64,000 nt of DNA from an uncultured Thermoplasmata archaeon (GTDB taxonomy: Archaea > Thermoplasmatota > Thermoplasmata > Halarchaeoplasmatales > Halarchaeoplasmataceae), in NCBI GenBank assembly GCA_964602715.1, contig CAZRSB010000002.1, positions 1,309 to 65,308 on the forward strand. The letters run 5' to 3'. Under the pieces are notes generated by a model. That model did not search any database. It saw nothing but the letters and a program-made list of their open reading frames with translations, and was not told the DNA's origin. Below are positions 18,791-28,610 of the stretch, piece by piece (position 1 is the stretch's first letter; the number at the start of each line of letters is the position of its first letter). A program made the translations under genes and the position numbers.

Positions 18791-21124
18791 TCAATTCGAT
18801 ATCAGCTCAATTATTTTTTCTGCTGTAGCTGACCCTATACCATCTACCTCTTGTAGCTCATCTTTATCAGCTTCGAAGACTTCTTTTACTGAGCCAAAAT
18901 GATCAAGCAATCTTTCTGCGAGAACACCCGAGACTGATGGTAAACCCTCCAAAATATATCTTTTTCTATCTCTAGCAGACATACTTTTCTTTTCTCTTCT
19001 TAAGGGTGTGATTTTCTTTTTATTTTCTTTTCTTTTTATCATTGCTTTAAGCAATGAAGCAGTTTCTTTAGAATCTTTAGTAGACAGAATCGGTATTCTA
19101 AAGTCACAGGCTAGTGAAGTGAGAGCACCATAGATAGCGTTGTCACCGATGTTTCTTTTATTGTAAAGGCCTTCACCTTCTAGTATGAGTACTGGCTGTA
19201 TATAATTATCTGATAAAGATTTTGCCTGAGAGAATAACCTTCCATCTGTTACGGATTCTAAAAAATCAGACACTTCTTTTCTCTCTATAGCAGTATCCTC
19301 TGATATCACGTAATCTCCAACTGATAGTTGATTTGTTTTTATTTTGATCCCCTCTCTTGCTAAATATTCTACCACACCACTGTTTTGTTCTCTAGTATCA
19401 ACCATTATTTCAAGGGATTCTTTTTTTTCTTCTTTTCCTTCCTTTGAAGACTTGTCTTCATAGTCCATAAGAGATCTTTGGTTTTTTTCATCGGGTTTAG
19501 ATATTTCTTCCTCATTTTTTCCCATATTTTTTATGTCCTTTTTACTTTTCTTTTCTACAATCTCATAGTCATCTTTCATTGGATCACCTACACTTATCTC
19601 GCTTCCTAGCTGATCTCTTAATTTCATCAAGTTTCGGTGCATCTTTTTTTCTTTGTTCTTGCTTGACCAATAGTAAGCCTCGTCACGGGTTCCTTTTGTT
19701 ATCAATATGACAACTTTACCTTTTCTTTTTCTAGCGGTCCTTCCTCTTCTCTGTATCGTTCTGATCTCTGAAGGAACGGGTTCATAAAAAACTACCATGT
19801 CAGTTGCCGGTATATCTAATCCTTCTTCTCCTACACTTGTGGCAACTAAAACGTTAAACCTACCTTTTTCAAACTCTTTGAGTGTTTCTATCTGATCGCT
19901 CTGTTTAAGCCCTTTGTCACCATCTTTGTTTCTCTGTCCTATGAATCTAACAGGATCAACGTGATCTAACTTAGCAAGTCTTTTAGCGACCTTTTTTGAT
20001 GTGTTTCTGTAATTTGTAAACACGATAATTCTGGAATTTTCATTTTTCTTCACTTGTTCTTTGACGACTTCAGCTACTTTATCGACCTTAGGATGCTCTT
20101 TTTCGATATTTTTTAGTGAAGCTAAAACGTCTTTGATAGTATTGGAATCCATTATTCGCTTAGATGCCTTTGATCCTCCGCGTGTTTCCGCTTCCTCTTT
20201 GATTTTTTCTAAATACTCTGAAAGACTTTCCATGCCTTGTGTTTCGGCCTGATCTACAGCGTGATCGAGTTTTATACAAGAGGCTATCAGGCTGGCGGCA
20301 TGATACAAGGATGATTTATTTGAAGAATGAATTTCTTTCTGTATCTCTTTTCTCACTTCAATAAGCTCTTTTCTAGTGACTCTATCCACTTTCTTTTTTT
20401 CTAAAAAACCAAAGTTTTGTATTTTCTCTATAAACTCATTTCTTAAATTTTTGAGGCGATCGACTATCTTTTTATGATCCTTTGGTAACTTTACATCTAT
20501 CCACTCTCTTTCCAACTCATTTGTATAATTAACGACGTCTGGATCAAATTTTGTTCTTATCTCTACATGTTTAAGTCCCAGCGTTTCACATACACTAAGA
20601 ATATTCTCTATTTCACTTCCTGGAGAAGCTGTAAGACCTAATGATAGTCCCTCGGTTTTTTGGTAAGTCTCTCCAATATATACATAAGAATAGTCTCCTA
20701 CTGCTCTATGAGCTTCATCGAATACAATCATCGATACATCTTCAAGATTTATCCTTTGGGCCATCAAGTCGTTCTTGATGACTTGAGGAGTAGAAACGAT
20801 TATATTTTTTTCATCCCAGAGTGTTCCTCTCTCTTTTGGCTGTACTTCTCCAGTGAAGACTTCAGGACTTTCTGTTTTTAACAAGTTCTCTATGTCTCGA
20901 GCATGTTGATTGACCAATGGTTTTGTTGGGGCTAAAAAAAGGATTTTCTTTTCAGGGTATCTCTCTAATTGTTTTGCAATTACCATAAATGCTATGATAG
21001 TTTTTCCCATTCCTGTAGGGAGTACGACCAATGTTGAGATCTCTTTAGCAATCTTTCCTATATTTATCTGATATTCTCTCTTTTCGATATCGTCAGTTTT
21101 TAAAATATCACTTTCAATTTTCAA
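18791..21124 (-). CDS. hef: Hef: helicase-associated endonuclease for fork-structured DNA (SF2 helicase + ERCC4 nuclease + HhH2)
   Basis: Helicase motifs LPTGMGKT, DEAH and QRRGRTAR. C-terminal ERCC4 nuclease (DTREQNS...GDYVIS...ERKEVSDF) followed by a tandem HhH (GLPSVSGVLAERLLDHFGSVKEV...VDGIGSATAEKIIE). Confidence 0.85.
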   Translation of the reverse strand: MKIESDILKTDDIEKREYQINIGKIAKEISTLVVLPTGMGKTIIAFMVIAKQLERYPEKKILFLAPTKPLVNQHARDIENLLKTESPEVFTGEVQPKERGTLWDEKNIIVSTPQVIKNDLMAQRINLEDVSMIVFDEAHRAVGDYSYVYIGETYQKTEGLSLGLTASPGSEIENILSVCETLGLKHVEIRTKFDPDVVNYTNELEREWIDVKLPKDHKKIVDRLKNLRNEFIEKIQNFGFLEKKKVDRVTRKELIEVRKEIQKEIHSSNKSSLYHAASLIASCIKLDHAVDQAETQGMESLSEYLEKIKEEAETRGGSKASKRIMDSNTIKDVLASLKNIEKEHPKVDKVAEVVKEQVKKNENSRIIVFTNYRNTSKKVAKRLAKLDHVDPVRFIGQRNKDGDKGLKQSDQIETLKEFEKGRFNVLVATSVGEEGLDIPATDMVVFYEPVPSEIRTIQRRGRTARKRKGKVVILITKGTRDEAYYWSSKNKEKKMHRNLMKLRDQLGSEISVGDPMKDDYEIVEKKSKKDIKNMGKNEEEISKPDEKNQRSLMDYEDKSSKEGKEEKKESLEIMVDTREQNSGVVEYLAREGIKIKTNQLSVGDYVISEDTAIERKEVSDFLESVTDGRLFSQAKSLSDNYIQPVLILEGEGLYNKRNIGDNAIYGALTSLACDFRIPILSTKDSKETASLLKAMIKRKENKKKITPLRREKKSMSARDRKRYILEGLPSVSGVLAERLLDHFGSVKEVFEADKDELQEVDGIGSATAEKIIELISN

Positions 21125-21156
21125 ATTATAACCCCAATATCAATCAGATAGGTGAC

Positions 21157-21471
21157 TTATATCTCAAGATCATCTATAATCTGTTCTTCCATCTTCTCCT
21201 CTAATGCTAATTCTTCTTCCCATTTTTCAAGGTTATCTAAGGTCTCTTTAAGTCTTCGTAGACAATCTATACAGATCCACTTTTTTCCTATCTTCTTACC
21301 TGGAACTTTTCTATAGGTTATTTGTTCACAGAATTCGCAGTAATGCATGTCTTCGGTTCGATGTTCAGCGTACGCTTCCATCTTTTTCCCTTCTTTAAGA
21401 CTCGAAAGGATTTTGTTTTTCAACTCTTCATCTATATCTTCTTTATCGAGATCGAGATCATTGAAGTCCAA
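21157..21471 (-). CDS. small acidic zinc-ribbon protein
   Basis: 104 aa with CEFCEQ...CIDC (CxxC...CxxC) and acidic N- and C-termini. Confidence 0.4.
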   Translation of the reverse strand: MDFNDLDLDKEDIDEELKNKILSSLKEGKKMEAYAEHRTEDMHYCEFCEQITYRKVPGKKIGKKWICIDCLRRLKETLDNLEKWEEELALEEKMEEQIIDDLEI

Positions 21472-21605
21472 TTGATCGGTGTCTTCTGCCAGCTTACCAC
21501 CTATTGGATAATTTCACATGTTTTAAACTATTTAAGTTATACCATTCCCGAATGTAGTATTTTCAACGAAAGAAGTTTTATATTTTCCTTCACCTCTTGT
21601 AAAAC

Positions 21606-22502
21606 ATGAAAATAGTATTTTTAGGTACTGGTGGCAGTTATCCAACACCGAAAAGGAACGTGTCAGCTTTTGCTTTAAAATTCAAGGGAGATATATTACT
21701 TTTCGACTGTGGAGAAGGCACCCAAAGACAATTGATGAGATCATCACTCTCATTTATGCAAATCAAAAAAATATATCTCACCCATTTTCATGGAGATCAC
21801 TTTCTTGGATTACCTGGCATGATCCAGAGTATGAATATGAATGATAGGGAGAAACCGTTAGAAATTTATGGTCCTAGAGGGACTGTCTCTTTGGTGAACT
21901 CTCTTGCTCATCAAGGCTACTTTAGACCCTCCTTTCCGCTAAAATTGTTTGAATTGAGATATGGAACTAGATTATCATATGAAGAATATTACATAGAAAC
22001 TATTGAAGCCGATCATAATGTCCCTGCATTAGCTTACTCATTTAAAGAGAAAGATAAAAAGGGAAGATTTGACAGGTCTAGGGCATTAGAACTTGGTATA
22101 CCTGAGGGGCCTTTATTCAGTAAAATTCATTCTGGTGAATCTGTTGAGATCGATGGAGATGTTATATATCCGGAGCAGATAGTGGGTCCGCCAAGAAGAG
22201 GAAAAAAAGTAGTTTATACAGGAGATACTAGGCCAGTTCATCGTATCGTAGAGGCTGCAAGAGACGCTGATGTTCTCATCCATGATTCTACTTTAAATGC
22301 AGATATGTCAGACAAAGCAAGGGAGAGAGGTCACTCATCAGTAAGTTCTGCTGCTAAGATAGCTAAAGAAGCTAGTGTTAAAAGGCTTTTTCTTTTTCAT
22401 ATAAGTCCTAGATACCAGGATGGAGAAGATTTGGAAAAAGAGGCTAAGAAGATATTCGATAAGAGTCTTGTACCAGATGATCTTTCTGAATATGATGTTT
22501 AA
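21606..22502 (+). CDS. rnz: ribonuclease Z (tRNA 3'-processing metallo-beta-lactamase)
   Basis: 298 aa. Begins KIVFLGTGGSYPT and has the HFHGDH motif; the length is typical of short-form RNase Z. Confidence 0.8.
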   Translation: MKIVFLGTGGSYPTPKRNVSAFALKFKGDILLFDCGEGTQRQLMRSSLSFMQIKKIYLTHFHGDHFLGLPGMIQSMNMNDREKPLEIYGPRGTVSLVNSLAHQGYFRPSFPLKLFELRYGTRLSYEEYYIETIEADHNVPALAYSFKEKDKKGRFDRSRALELGIPEGPLFSKIHSGESVEIDGDVIYPEQIVGPPRRGKKVVYTGDTRPVHRIVEAARDADVLIHDSTLNADMSDKARERGHSSVSSAAKIAKEASVKRLFLFHISPRYQDGEDLEKEAKKIFDKSLVPDDLSEYDV

Positions 22503-22562
22503 CTATGATCCATATCCATCCGAAAATGATAATAAGACCGATAATCAATCTCATCTCGGCAT

Positions 22563-23402
22563 ATGACAGAAATCATCAGAACGGTTTTAAAAGCTAAAAA
22601 AGAGATCGAACCGAGTTCCATTATACTTTTTACCCAGTCAGAGGAATTGATGGAGAAGTTGTCTGATAACCTCGTTGACGAGGATCTGATAATCTTCACT
22701 AAGAAGCCCGTGATATCCTCTTTTTTGGGCAAATCGGGAGTAAGGATAAGAAACTTGAAGAATTCTCCAGGCACCGGACTTGAAGTTTTAAATCAAGTCA
22801 GAGATTTGGTATTAACTTGTTCGGCCGAAGGTCTAATCGAGACAAATGAGAATGTAATGATAGTGATCTCAACTGATATAGATACAATACTTTCTTTTGA
22901 AATGCAGGATATCGGCATAATGAATATAAAAGATCAAGTCGAGGATAGAGTAAGAATAGAAGTTATAGAATCAGCATTCAATTTGGGTACGAGGATAGTG
23001 AGAGACGGAAAAGAAGGTTTTCCAGCAGGTGCTCTTTTTATCATCGGAGATATGAATAATGTGCTGAATCATACCACAGAAGCGGTAAAGAATCCTCTAG
23101 AAGGCTGTGCTGAAGAAGAATACAATGTTAAGTATGAAGATAACTGGAATACGGTTAAAGAGTTCTCTATGATCGACGGTGCTTTGATACTAGATAGGTA
23201 TGGTAATCCAGTTGCAGCGGGGAGGTATGTGATGTTTGGGGATGGATTTGAGAGTGAATTAGAAGAAGGTCTTGGGGGTCGCCATCTAGCAGCCTCCTAC
23301 ATAAGTGAGAAGACAAAGGCTATCGCTATGGTCATCTCGTCTGAAGGTACAATACGCATATATAAAAACGGCAACAATATATATGAGGTAGATGTGGTTT
23401 GA
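22563..23402 (+). CDS. dacZ: diadenylate cyclase (archaeal DacZ type; c-di-AMP synthase)
   Basis: The C-terminal domain has the DAC-domain motifs DGALILD and GGRHLAAS (the canonical DGA and G-T/G-RH-x-AA motifs). Confidence 0.8.
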   Translation: MTEIIRTVLKAKKEIEPSSIILFTQSEELMEKLSDNLVDEDLIIFTKKPVISSFLGKSGVRIRNLKNSPGTGLEVLNQVRDLVLTCSAEGLIETNENVMIVISTDIDTILSFEMQDIGIMNIKDQVEDRVRIEVIESAFNLGTRIVRDGKEGFPAGALFIIGDMNNVLNHTTEAVKNPLEGCAEEEYNVKYEDNWNTVKEFSMIDGALILDRYGNPVAAGRYVMFGDGFESELEEGLGGRHLAASYISEKTKAIAMVISSEGTIRIYKNGNNIYEVDVV

Positions 23403-23478
23403 CTTTAATTTTTTAAAAACGGGTATAAAACAGATGGGGTAAAAAATAAATAAAAAGACTTGATCCTGCTTTGATAGG

Positions 23479-23949
23479 ATGAGAAAGATCAATAGAAAAT
23501 TGACCGATGAAGGAGCTTTAGAAGGGTTGCCCCTTTACATGATAATACTGATAATAATAGCCGGTGTTGGTACAGCAGTGATCGGAGGATGGCTCATGAG
23601 TACACAGAGTACTGAATTGGATAATATAGAAGTTCAGGATCACAATAATAATGACATAGATATGATAGATAGTACTGCTGGAGGTGTGATCACTGTCTAT
23701 GTAACTGCATACGATCAAAATGGAGAGGCGTTAGAAGATGTTAGAGTCTCTTTTCAAGGATGTGGTACAGGAGATATGGATGGATCAGTAAATTATACAG
23801 ATGCGGACGGCGAAATGGATTTCACTGTTGAAAGAGATGACCTACGATTACCCGATCATGAACCATACGGTGTAATAGAGATCACAGCAGAATACGATGA
23901 GGGCGAATTAAATACACCAGTAACAAGAGAGATCACCGTGACTGATTGA
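23479..23949 (+). CDS. small N-terminally anchored acidic protein. Its TM segment is homologous to those of the four surface proteins at 51.8-55.5 kb; possibly pilin-like
   Basis: N-terminus RKINRKLTDEGALEG-LPLYMIILIIIAGVGTAVIGGWLM aligns with KG-IPVYLMVLVLISGTVLGAGIWFL of 54920..55543 (P at +2, small-xxx-small, G-W). Its stop overlaps the start of the next gene (the ATPase). Confidence 0.4.
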   Translation: MRKINRKLTDEGALEGLPLYMIILIIIAGVGTAVIGGWLMSTQSTELDNIEVQDHNNNDIDMIDSTAGGVITVYVTAYDQNGEALEDVRVSFQGCGTGDMDGSVNYTDADGEMDFTVERDDLRLPDHEPYGVIEITAEYDEGELNTPVTREITVTD

Positions 23950-25313
23950 AAAGTAAAACACTTCGCTTTTATTCATTTGAAAACAGAAGTGATACCCTGC
24001 TAGAAACTAAGGAGATATTTGGAAGATCTGAAGATCTTTCGGAAGAATTGGGAACCAAAGGTTGTTGTTATATCGGCAAGAATGTTTCCTATCCAGGAGG
24101 AAAGTATGAGGAAACTGGGAAGGCATATTTAGATATAGTTTCACCCCATTGTATGTTAGTTTTAGGAAAGAGAGGGACGGGTAAATCTTACACTTTAGGT
24201 GTGATAGCGGAAGGTTTCGCCAAACTAAAACAAAAGTATTCAGATAATATCTCTTTGATATTAGTAGATACGATGAGTGTTTTTCACAGTTTGAAAAAGT
24301 GCAATTCAAATGAAAAAGAAATAAAACTGATGGATGATTTCGATATCGAGCCAGAAAATTTTTCTAAAAAGCTAAATATACTAATCCCTGAGATCGCTAT
24401 CAAAAAGGCAAATGAAGATTCTGCAGAGCTGCACTATGATGAAGTCCTAAAGATACCTTTAGAGAAGGTTGCCGTCCATGAATGGTTAGAACTTTTTGAT
24501 CTTGATTTAACTAGTGAGATCGGGACACTATTGAGTCAGATAATTACAGGATTGAAAGAAAGGGGGCGATTTTCATTTGATGATCTATATGAACAAATTG
24601 AAAAGACTGACCACGGCAAAAGAGAAACAAGGTCTAAACTGATTAACCTCTTTAAAACCATAGAGAAAAAGAATTTATTTTCTGAGGAGGGGACTAAAAC
24701 CTTTGTTCGGCCAGGTGATATAACAGTTCTTGATATATCCTATTTGGGTAGAATAGGAGATTTTGATCTAAGGAGATTAGTAGTTTCAATATTCGCGAGA
24801 GATCAGATGGCTAAAAGGACGCTTTATACTACTATAGAGATGCAAGCACAGGCGGATCTGCTAGAAAAAGGAAATGAAAAAAGTATGCTGGACAAACATC
24901 CTATAGTTTACATGTTGATAGATGAAGCACACCTATTTTTACCCAAAAATAAGAAAACTCTGTCCAGTTCTCCACTGATAGACTGGATCAAACTAGGAAG
25001 ACATCCTGGTCTTTCTTTGATAATGGCAACTCAAGAACCTTCTGCTTTACATCCAACTGCCATAAGACAGTCAGACATGATAATAGCTCATAACATGACC
25101 TCTAACGATGATCTAAATGCTCTCAAACTCGCGAAACAATCCTATATGAAAAGGGGACTAGATGAAGTGGTAGCAGATATGGAATTTAAAAGGGGATTGG
25201 CTATGATCTTTGATGATAGAAGGAGAGAATTACAGCTCTGTAAGATAAGACCAAGGCATACATTGCACACGGGTGTTGATGCTTCAGCTTTAACTCCAGA
25301 GGAGAAGTATTAG
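23946..25313 (+). CDS. HerA/FtsK-superfamily P-loop ATPase (DUF87-like)
   Basis: Walker A in LVLGKRGTGKSYTLGVIAEG. Walker B / DEAH-like in IVYMLIDEAHLFLP. Downstream, a conserved Q (SLIMATQEP). About 455 aa. Architecture resembles HerA / VirB4 / CedB-type ATPases. Confidence 0.5.
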   Translation: MKSKTLRFYSFENRSDTLLETKEIFGRSEDLSEELGTKGCCYIGKNVSYPGGKYEETGKAYLDIVSPHCMLVLGKRGTGKSYTLGVIAEGFAKLKQKYSDNISLILVDTMSVFHSLKKCNSNEKEIKLMDDFDIEPENFSKKLNILIPEIAIKKANEDSAELHYDEVLKIPLEKVAVHEWLELFDLDLTSEIGTLLSQIITGLKERGRFSFDDLYEQIEKTDHGKRETRSKLINLFKTIEKKNLFSEEGTKTFVRPGDITVLDISYLGRIGDFDLRRLVVSIFARDQMAKRTLYTTIEMQAQADLLEKGNEKSMLDKHPIVYMLIDEAHLFLPKNKKTLSSSPLIDWIKLGRHPGLSLIMATQEPSALHPTAIRQSDMIIAHNMTSNDDLNALKLAKQSYMKRGLDEVVADMEFKRGLAMIFDDRRRELQLCKIRPRHTLHTGVDASALTPEEKY

Positions 25314-25317
25314 CGTT

Positions 25318-27657
25318 TCATTCTCCCATTTTCTTTCCTAGAGTCTCCTTCCAGACTTTTCGTATTTTATCCACTTCTAGCTCTATCAATTTGTTATCAT
25401 CCGATTTGATTTCGAGAGATTGGCCTTGAACTTCACCTATTTGTTTAACTGGTACAGAAAAAACATCCTCGAATTTATCTTTTTTATCTTGTTCAACTTC
25501 GACCAACCATCTAGTGTTGCTTTCAGAGTATAAGTACTTATCATCTCTCAATTCACTTTTAATCTTTATTTCGGCTCCTAGATCCCCAGCGAGGCACATC
25601 TCTGATATCGCAACACCGATTCCTCCTAAAGATACATCATGACAGCTTTTGATAAGGTCTCTTGAATGGGCTTCCAACATTTCTTCTATACTTTTTTCAA
25701 GTCTTTCAATGTCTACCTTGGGTATATTGCCGCTTTTACCTTCAGTCAGTTTATAATATTCAGAGCCACCAAGTTCATCTTTGGTATCTCCAACAAGATA
25801 GATCAGATTTCCCTCCTCTTTTAAGTCCATAGTAACAGCTTTCCTGACGTCTTCTATCAATCCACAAGCAAGTATTGAAGGCGTGGGTTTTACCGCCCCT
25901 GCAGGTGTTTCATTATAGAAGCTCACATTTCCCGAAACAAATGGAATAGTTAGAGAACGTGCAACAGTTTCGAGTCCGTTAGCGACGCGTTCAAAATCAC
26001 CAAGCCGCTCAGGTTTTTCTGGATTACCAAAATTTAAACAATCAGCAAAAGAGTGAGGTCTCGCACCAACTGCAACTAGATTCCTTATCGCTTCGTCTAG
26101 TGTAGACATAGCACCAGCTTTTGGATCAAGGGAAGTAAAAGAGGGGATCACGTCAGTAGTCACAGCTATTCCTTTATATGATTCTTCCAGAGGTTTAATG
26201 ATAGAGGCATCGCCTGGCCCTTGTTTTCCTAATACTCCCTGTAACGGTTTTACTACGGTGTTTTCTCTCACCTCATGATCGTACTGTCTTATCACCCATT
26301 CTTTACTGTTTATGTTATCTCTCTTAAGCATTTGGAGAAGAGTATCATTATGATCCTTTGGTTCCTTTGGTTCTTTTTCGTCTATATCAAAAGTATGATC
26401 TACGTGTTCAGTAGGTCTGCAGTATTCCGGACCTCCAGTTTGAAATTCTAGATCAAGATCCATTATTTTTTCGTCTTCATAGTAAACTTTGATCTTTTTT
26501 TCGTCTATAACTTTGCCTATCCTCTTTGCTTCTACATCCCATTTTTTACATATATGCATAACCTCTTCTACATCTTCTTCCTTTACAGCGAACATCATCC
26601 TTTCTTGACTCTCAGATACCCAGATCTCCCATGGAGCCATGTCTTCTTCTTTCAAAGGAACTTTATCTATCTGTACCTCAGCCCCATATCCTCCGTCTAG
26701 AGACATTTCACCCGCTACGCAGGAAAGTCCTCCACCTCCAAAATCCTTCATACCTTGAAGCAGACCTTTCTTATTCAATTCTAAACTAGTATGGATCAAA
26801 GGTTCTTTAGTTATGGGATCTCCAAGTTGTACCGCTCCGATATCTTCCTCTTCAGAGTCTTCGTGCAGTTCATCAGAAGCAAAGGTGACACCGTGGATAC
26901 CATCTCTGCCTGTTTTCCCACCTGCCATTATGAAGACATCTCCTGGCTCCTTCACTCTACTTCTTATCAACTCCTCTTTTCTGGCAATTCCTATACAGCC
27001 AACATTGACAAGACAATTTGCAGTATAAGATTCATCAAAATAGACCAAACCAGTGAGTGTTGGAATCCCTAACCTGTTCCCGTAGTCACTGATCCCATGC
27101 ACCACTCCATCGAAAAGATATCTTGGATGTTTTGTTCCTGCCGGTAGATCATCGTAATCTATATCTAGAGGACCGAAAAACAACGGATCAACAAAAGCGA
27201 GAGGTTGAGCTCCCATGCAGGTCACATCTCTTACGATGCCTCCTATCCCTGTTGCGGCTCCACCATAAGGTTCGATAGCTGAAGGATGATTGTGAGATTC
27301 TAGGGCAACAACATAAGCGTGATCGTCATCGAATTCTACGACTCCTGCATCCTCCTCAACCACGAAGATGTTTTGAGGAGCTTCTATATCAAAAACAGTA
27401 TCCTTCAGTATTGGTTTTGAAGATTTATAGCAGCAGTGTTCTGACCAAGCCTGACCTATAGCTTCTAGTTCCAGGTCAGTAGGATTTCTACTTAGCTTTT
27501 CAAAATGTTCTTTCACCATCTTCATTTCTTCTAAGCTGAGACCTATTCCGCTCTCTTGACTTATCTCCTCTAGGTCCTTATCAGAAGCTTCGAGCAGGTT
27601 TACTTCGTGAAGTTCAAACGGAACGTCTTTTTTAATATAATGTTCCATAAAGATCAC
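25318..27657 (-). CDS. purL: phosphoribosylformylglycinamidine (FGAM) synthase II
   Basis: 779 aa; two AIR-synthase-related domains; purS lies immediately upstream. Confidence 0.9.
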   Translation of the reverse strand: MIFMEHYIKKDVPFELHEVNLLEASDKDLEEISQESGIGLSLEEMKMVKEHFEKLSRNPTDLELEAIGQAWSEHCCYKSSKPILKDTVFDIEAPQNIFVVEEDAGVVEFDDDHAYVVALESHNHPSAIEPYGGAATGIGGIVRDVTCMGAQPLAFVDPLFFGPLDIDYDDLPAGTKHPRYLFDGVVHGISDYGNRLGIPTLTGLVYFDESYTANCLVNVGCIGIARKEELIRSRVKEPGDVFIMAGGKTGRDGIHGVTFASDELHEDSEEEDIGAVQLGDPITKEPLIHTSLELNKKGLLQGMKDFGGGGLSCVAGEMSLDGGYGAEVQIDKVPLKEEDMAPWEIWVSESQERMMFAVKEEDVEEVMHICKKWDVEAKRIGKVIDEKKIKVYYEDEKIMDLDLEFQTGGPEYCRPTEHVDHTFDIDEKEPKEPKDHNDTLLQMLKRDNINSKEWVIRQYDHEVRENTVVKPLQGVLGKQGPGDASIIKPLEESYKGIAVTTDVIPSFTSLDPKAGAMSTLDEAIRNLVAVGARPHSFADCLNFGNPEKPERLGDFERVANGLETVARSLTIPFVSGNVSFYNETPAGAVKPTPSILACGLIEDVRKAVTMDLKEEGNLIYLVGDTKDELGGSEYYKLTEGKSGNIPKVDIERLEKSIEEMLEAHSRDLIKSCHDVSLGGIGVAISEMCLAGDLGAEIKIKSELRDDKYLYSESNTRWLVEVEQDKKDKFEDVFSVPVKQIGEVQGQSLEIKSDDNKLIELEVDKIRKVWKETLGKKMGE

Positions 27658-27658
27658 C

Positions 27659-27904
27659 CTATTCTTTTATTTTGATATCATAAGTTTGGATGACGGGATT
27701 AGCTAGCAACTTTTTGCACATCTTTTCTACCTCTTGCCTAGCCTCATCTTTAGTATATTTATTGCCCAAATCTATCTCAAATAACTTTCCGGTCTCTACT
27801 TTCTCAACTTCCCAACCTAACAGCTTGAGAGTCTTTTTCGTATTCATACCTTCAGGATCAGCTACACCTTCTTTGAGTTCTATTTTGACTTCCGCGGCTA
27901 CCAT
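27659..27904 (-). CDS. purS: FGAM synthase PurS subunit
   Basis: 81-aa protein directly upstream of purL, with the typical PurS size and sequence character (MVAAEVKIELKEGVADPEG). Confidence 0.8.
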   Translation of the reverse strand: MVAAEVKIELKEGVADPEGMNTKKTLKLLGWEVEKVETGKLFEIDLGNKYTKDEARQEVEKMCKKLLANPVIQTYDIKIKE

Positions 27905-27953
27905 GAAATCACATATCTAAATCGAGTGGTCATTTAATAGGTTTTCTTTTCAA

Positions 27954-28550
27954 TCATAAGAACGGTGATACAATGAACCACACGCCAAAACCGACCATCA
28001 ATGCCCCACAGAGACCGAAGACCTTTCTTCTATGTTTGTCCCAGTACTCTAGTGTTCTGTTCGAAGAGTAACTTAAAAAGGAATACCACACCAGATCACA
28101 AGACCAGTGAACTACCGCAAAGATAATCAGAAATAATACACCATATTCCAGAGCCCGACTAATCAAAGCGCCTCCTACCGTAGCCCACCAGATAAAGAAG
28201 TACGGATTTGCACCGCTCGTTACTATACCGACAACCGTTGAAGGGTAAGGAAACCTCTTTTCCTCTTTCTCAACAGGTTTGAAAAGTTGAATGCCTAGAT
28301 ATATCAGCAATATTCCACCAACTACACCGATCGTAGCTTTTACGGACCAAGTAGCTATAAATGTCAAACCAAAAGCTACCAAAGCTATGATAGGAAATTC
28401 GATTATTGCGTGACCAAGAGCGATCTTCACTCCGGCTTTTTTGTCTTCAGCTCCCTTGGTGATGGCTCCCGCGGTCACCGGACCGGGCATCATAACACCG
28501 CTGAGAGAGATTGCAACTGTAGTGCCGAGCAGAAACAGTGGTTCCAACAT
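27954..28550 (-). CDS. multi-pass membrane protein, possibly a LysE/RhtB-superfamily-like exporter
   Basis: About 6 TM helices. N-terminal motif MMPGPVTAGAI reminiscent of small-solute exporter families. The family assignment is weak. Confidence 0.3.
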   Translation of the reverse strand: MLEPLFLLGTTVAISLSGVMMPGPVTAGAITKGAEDKKAGVKIALGHAIIEFPIIALVAFGLTFIATWSVKATIGVVGGILLIYLGIQLFKPVEKEEKRFPYPSTVVGIVTSGANPYFFIWWATVGGALISRALEYGVLFLIIFAVVHWSCDLVWYSFLSYSSNRTLEYWDKHRRKVFGLCGALMVGFGVWFIVSPFL

Positions 28551-28610
28551 CTTTTGATCACCTGATCATCGAAATAAAACTAATAGTTCTATCTATAATA
28601 GGGTTTCTTA

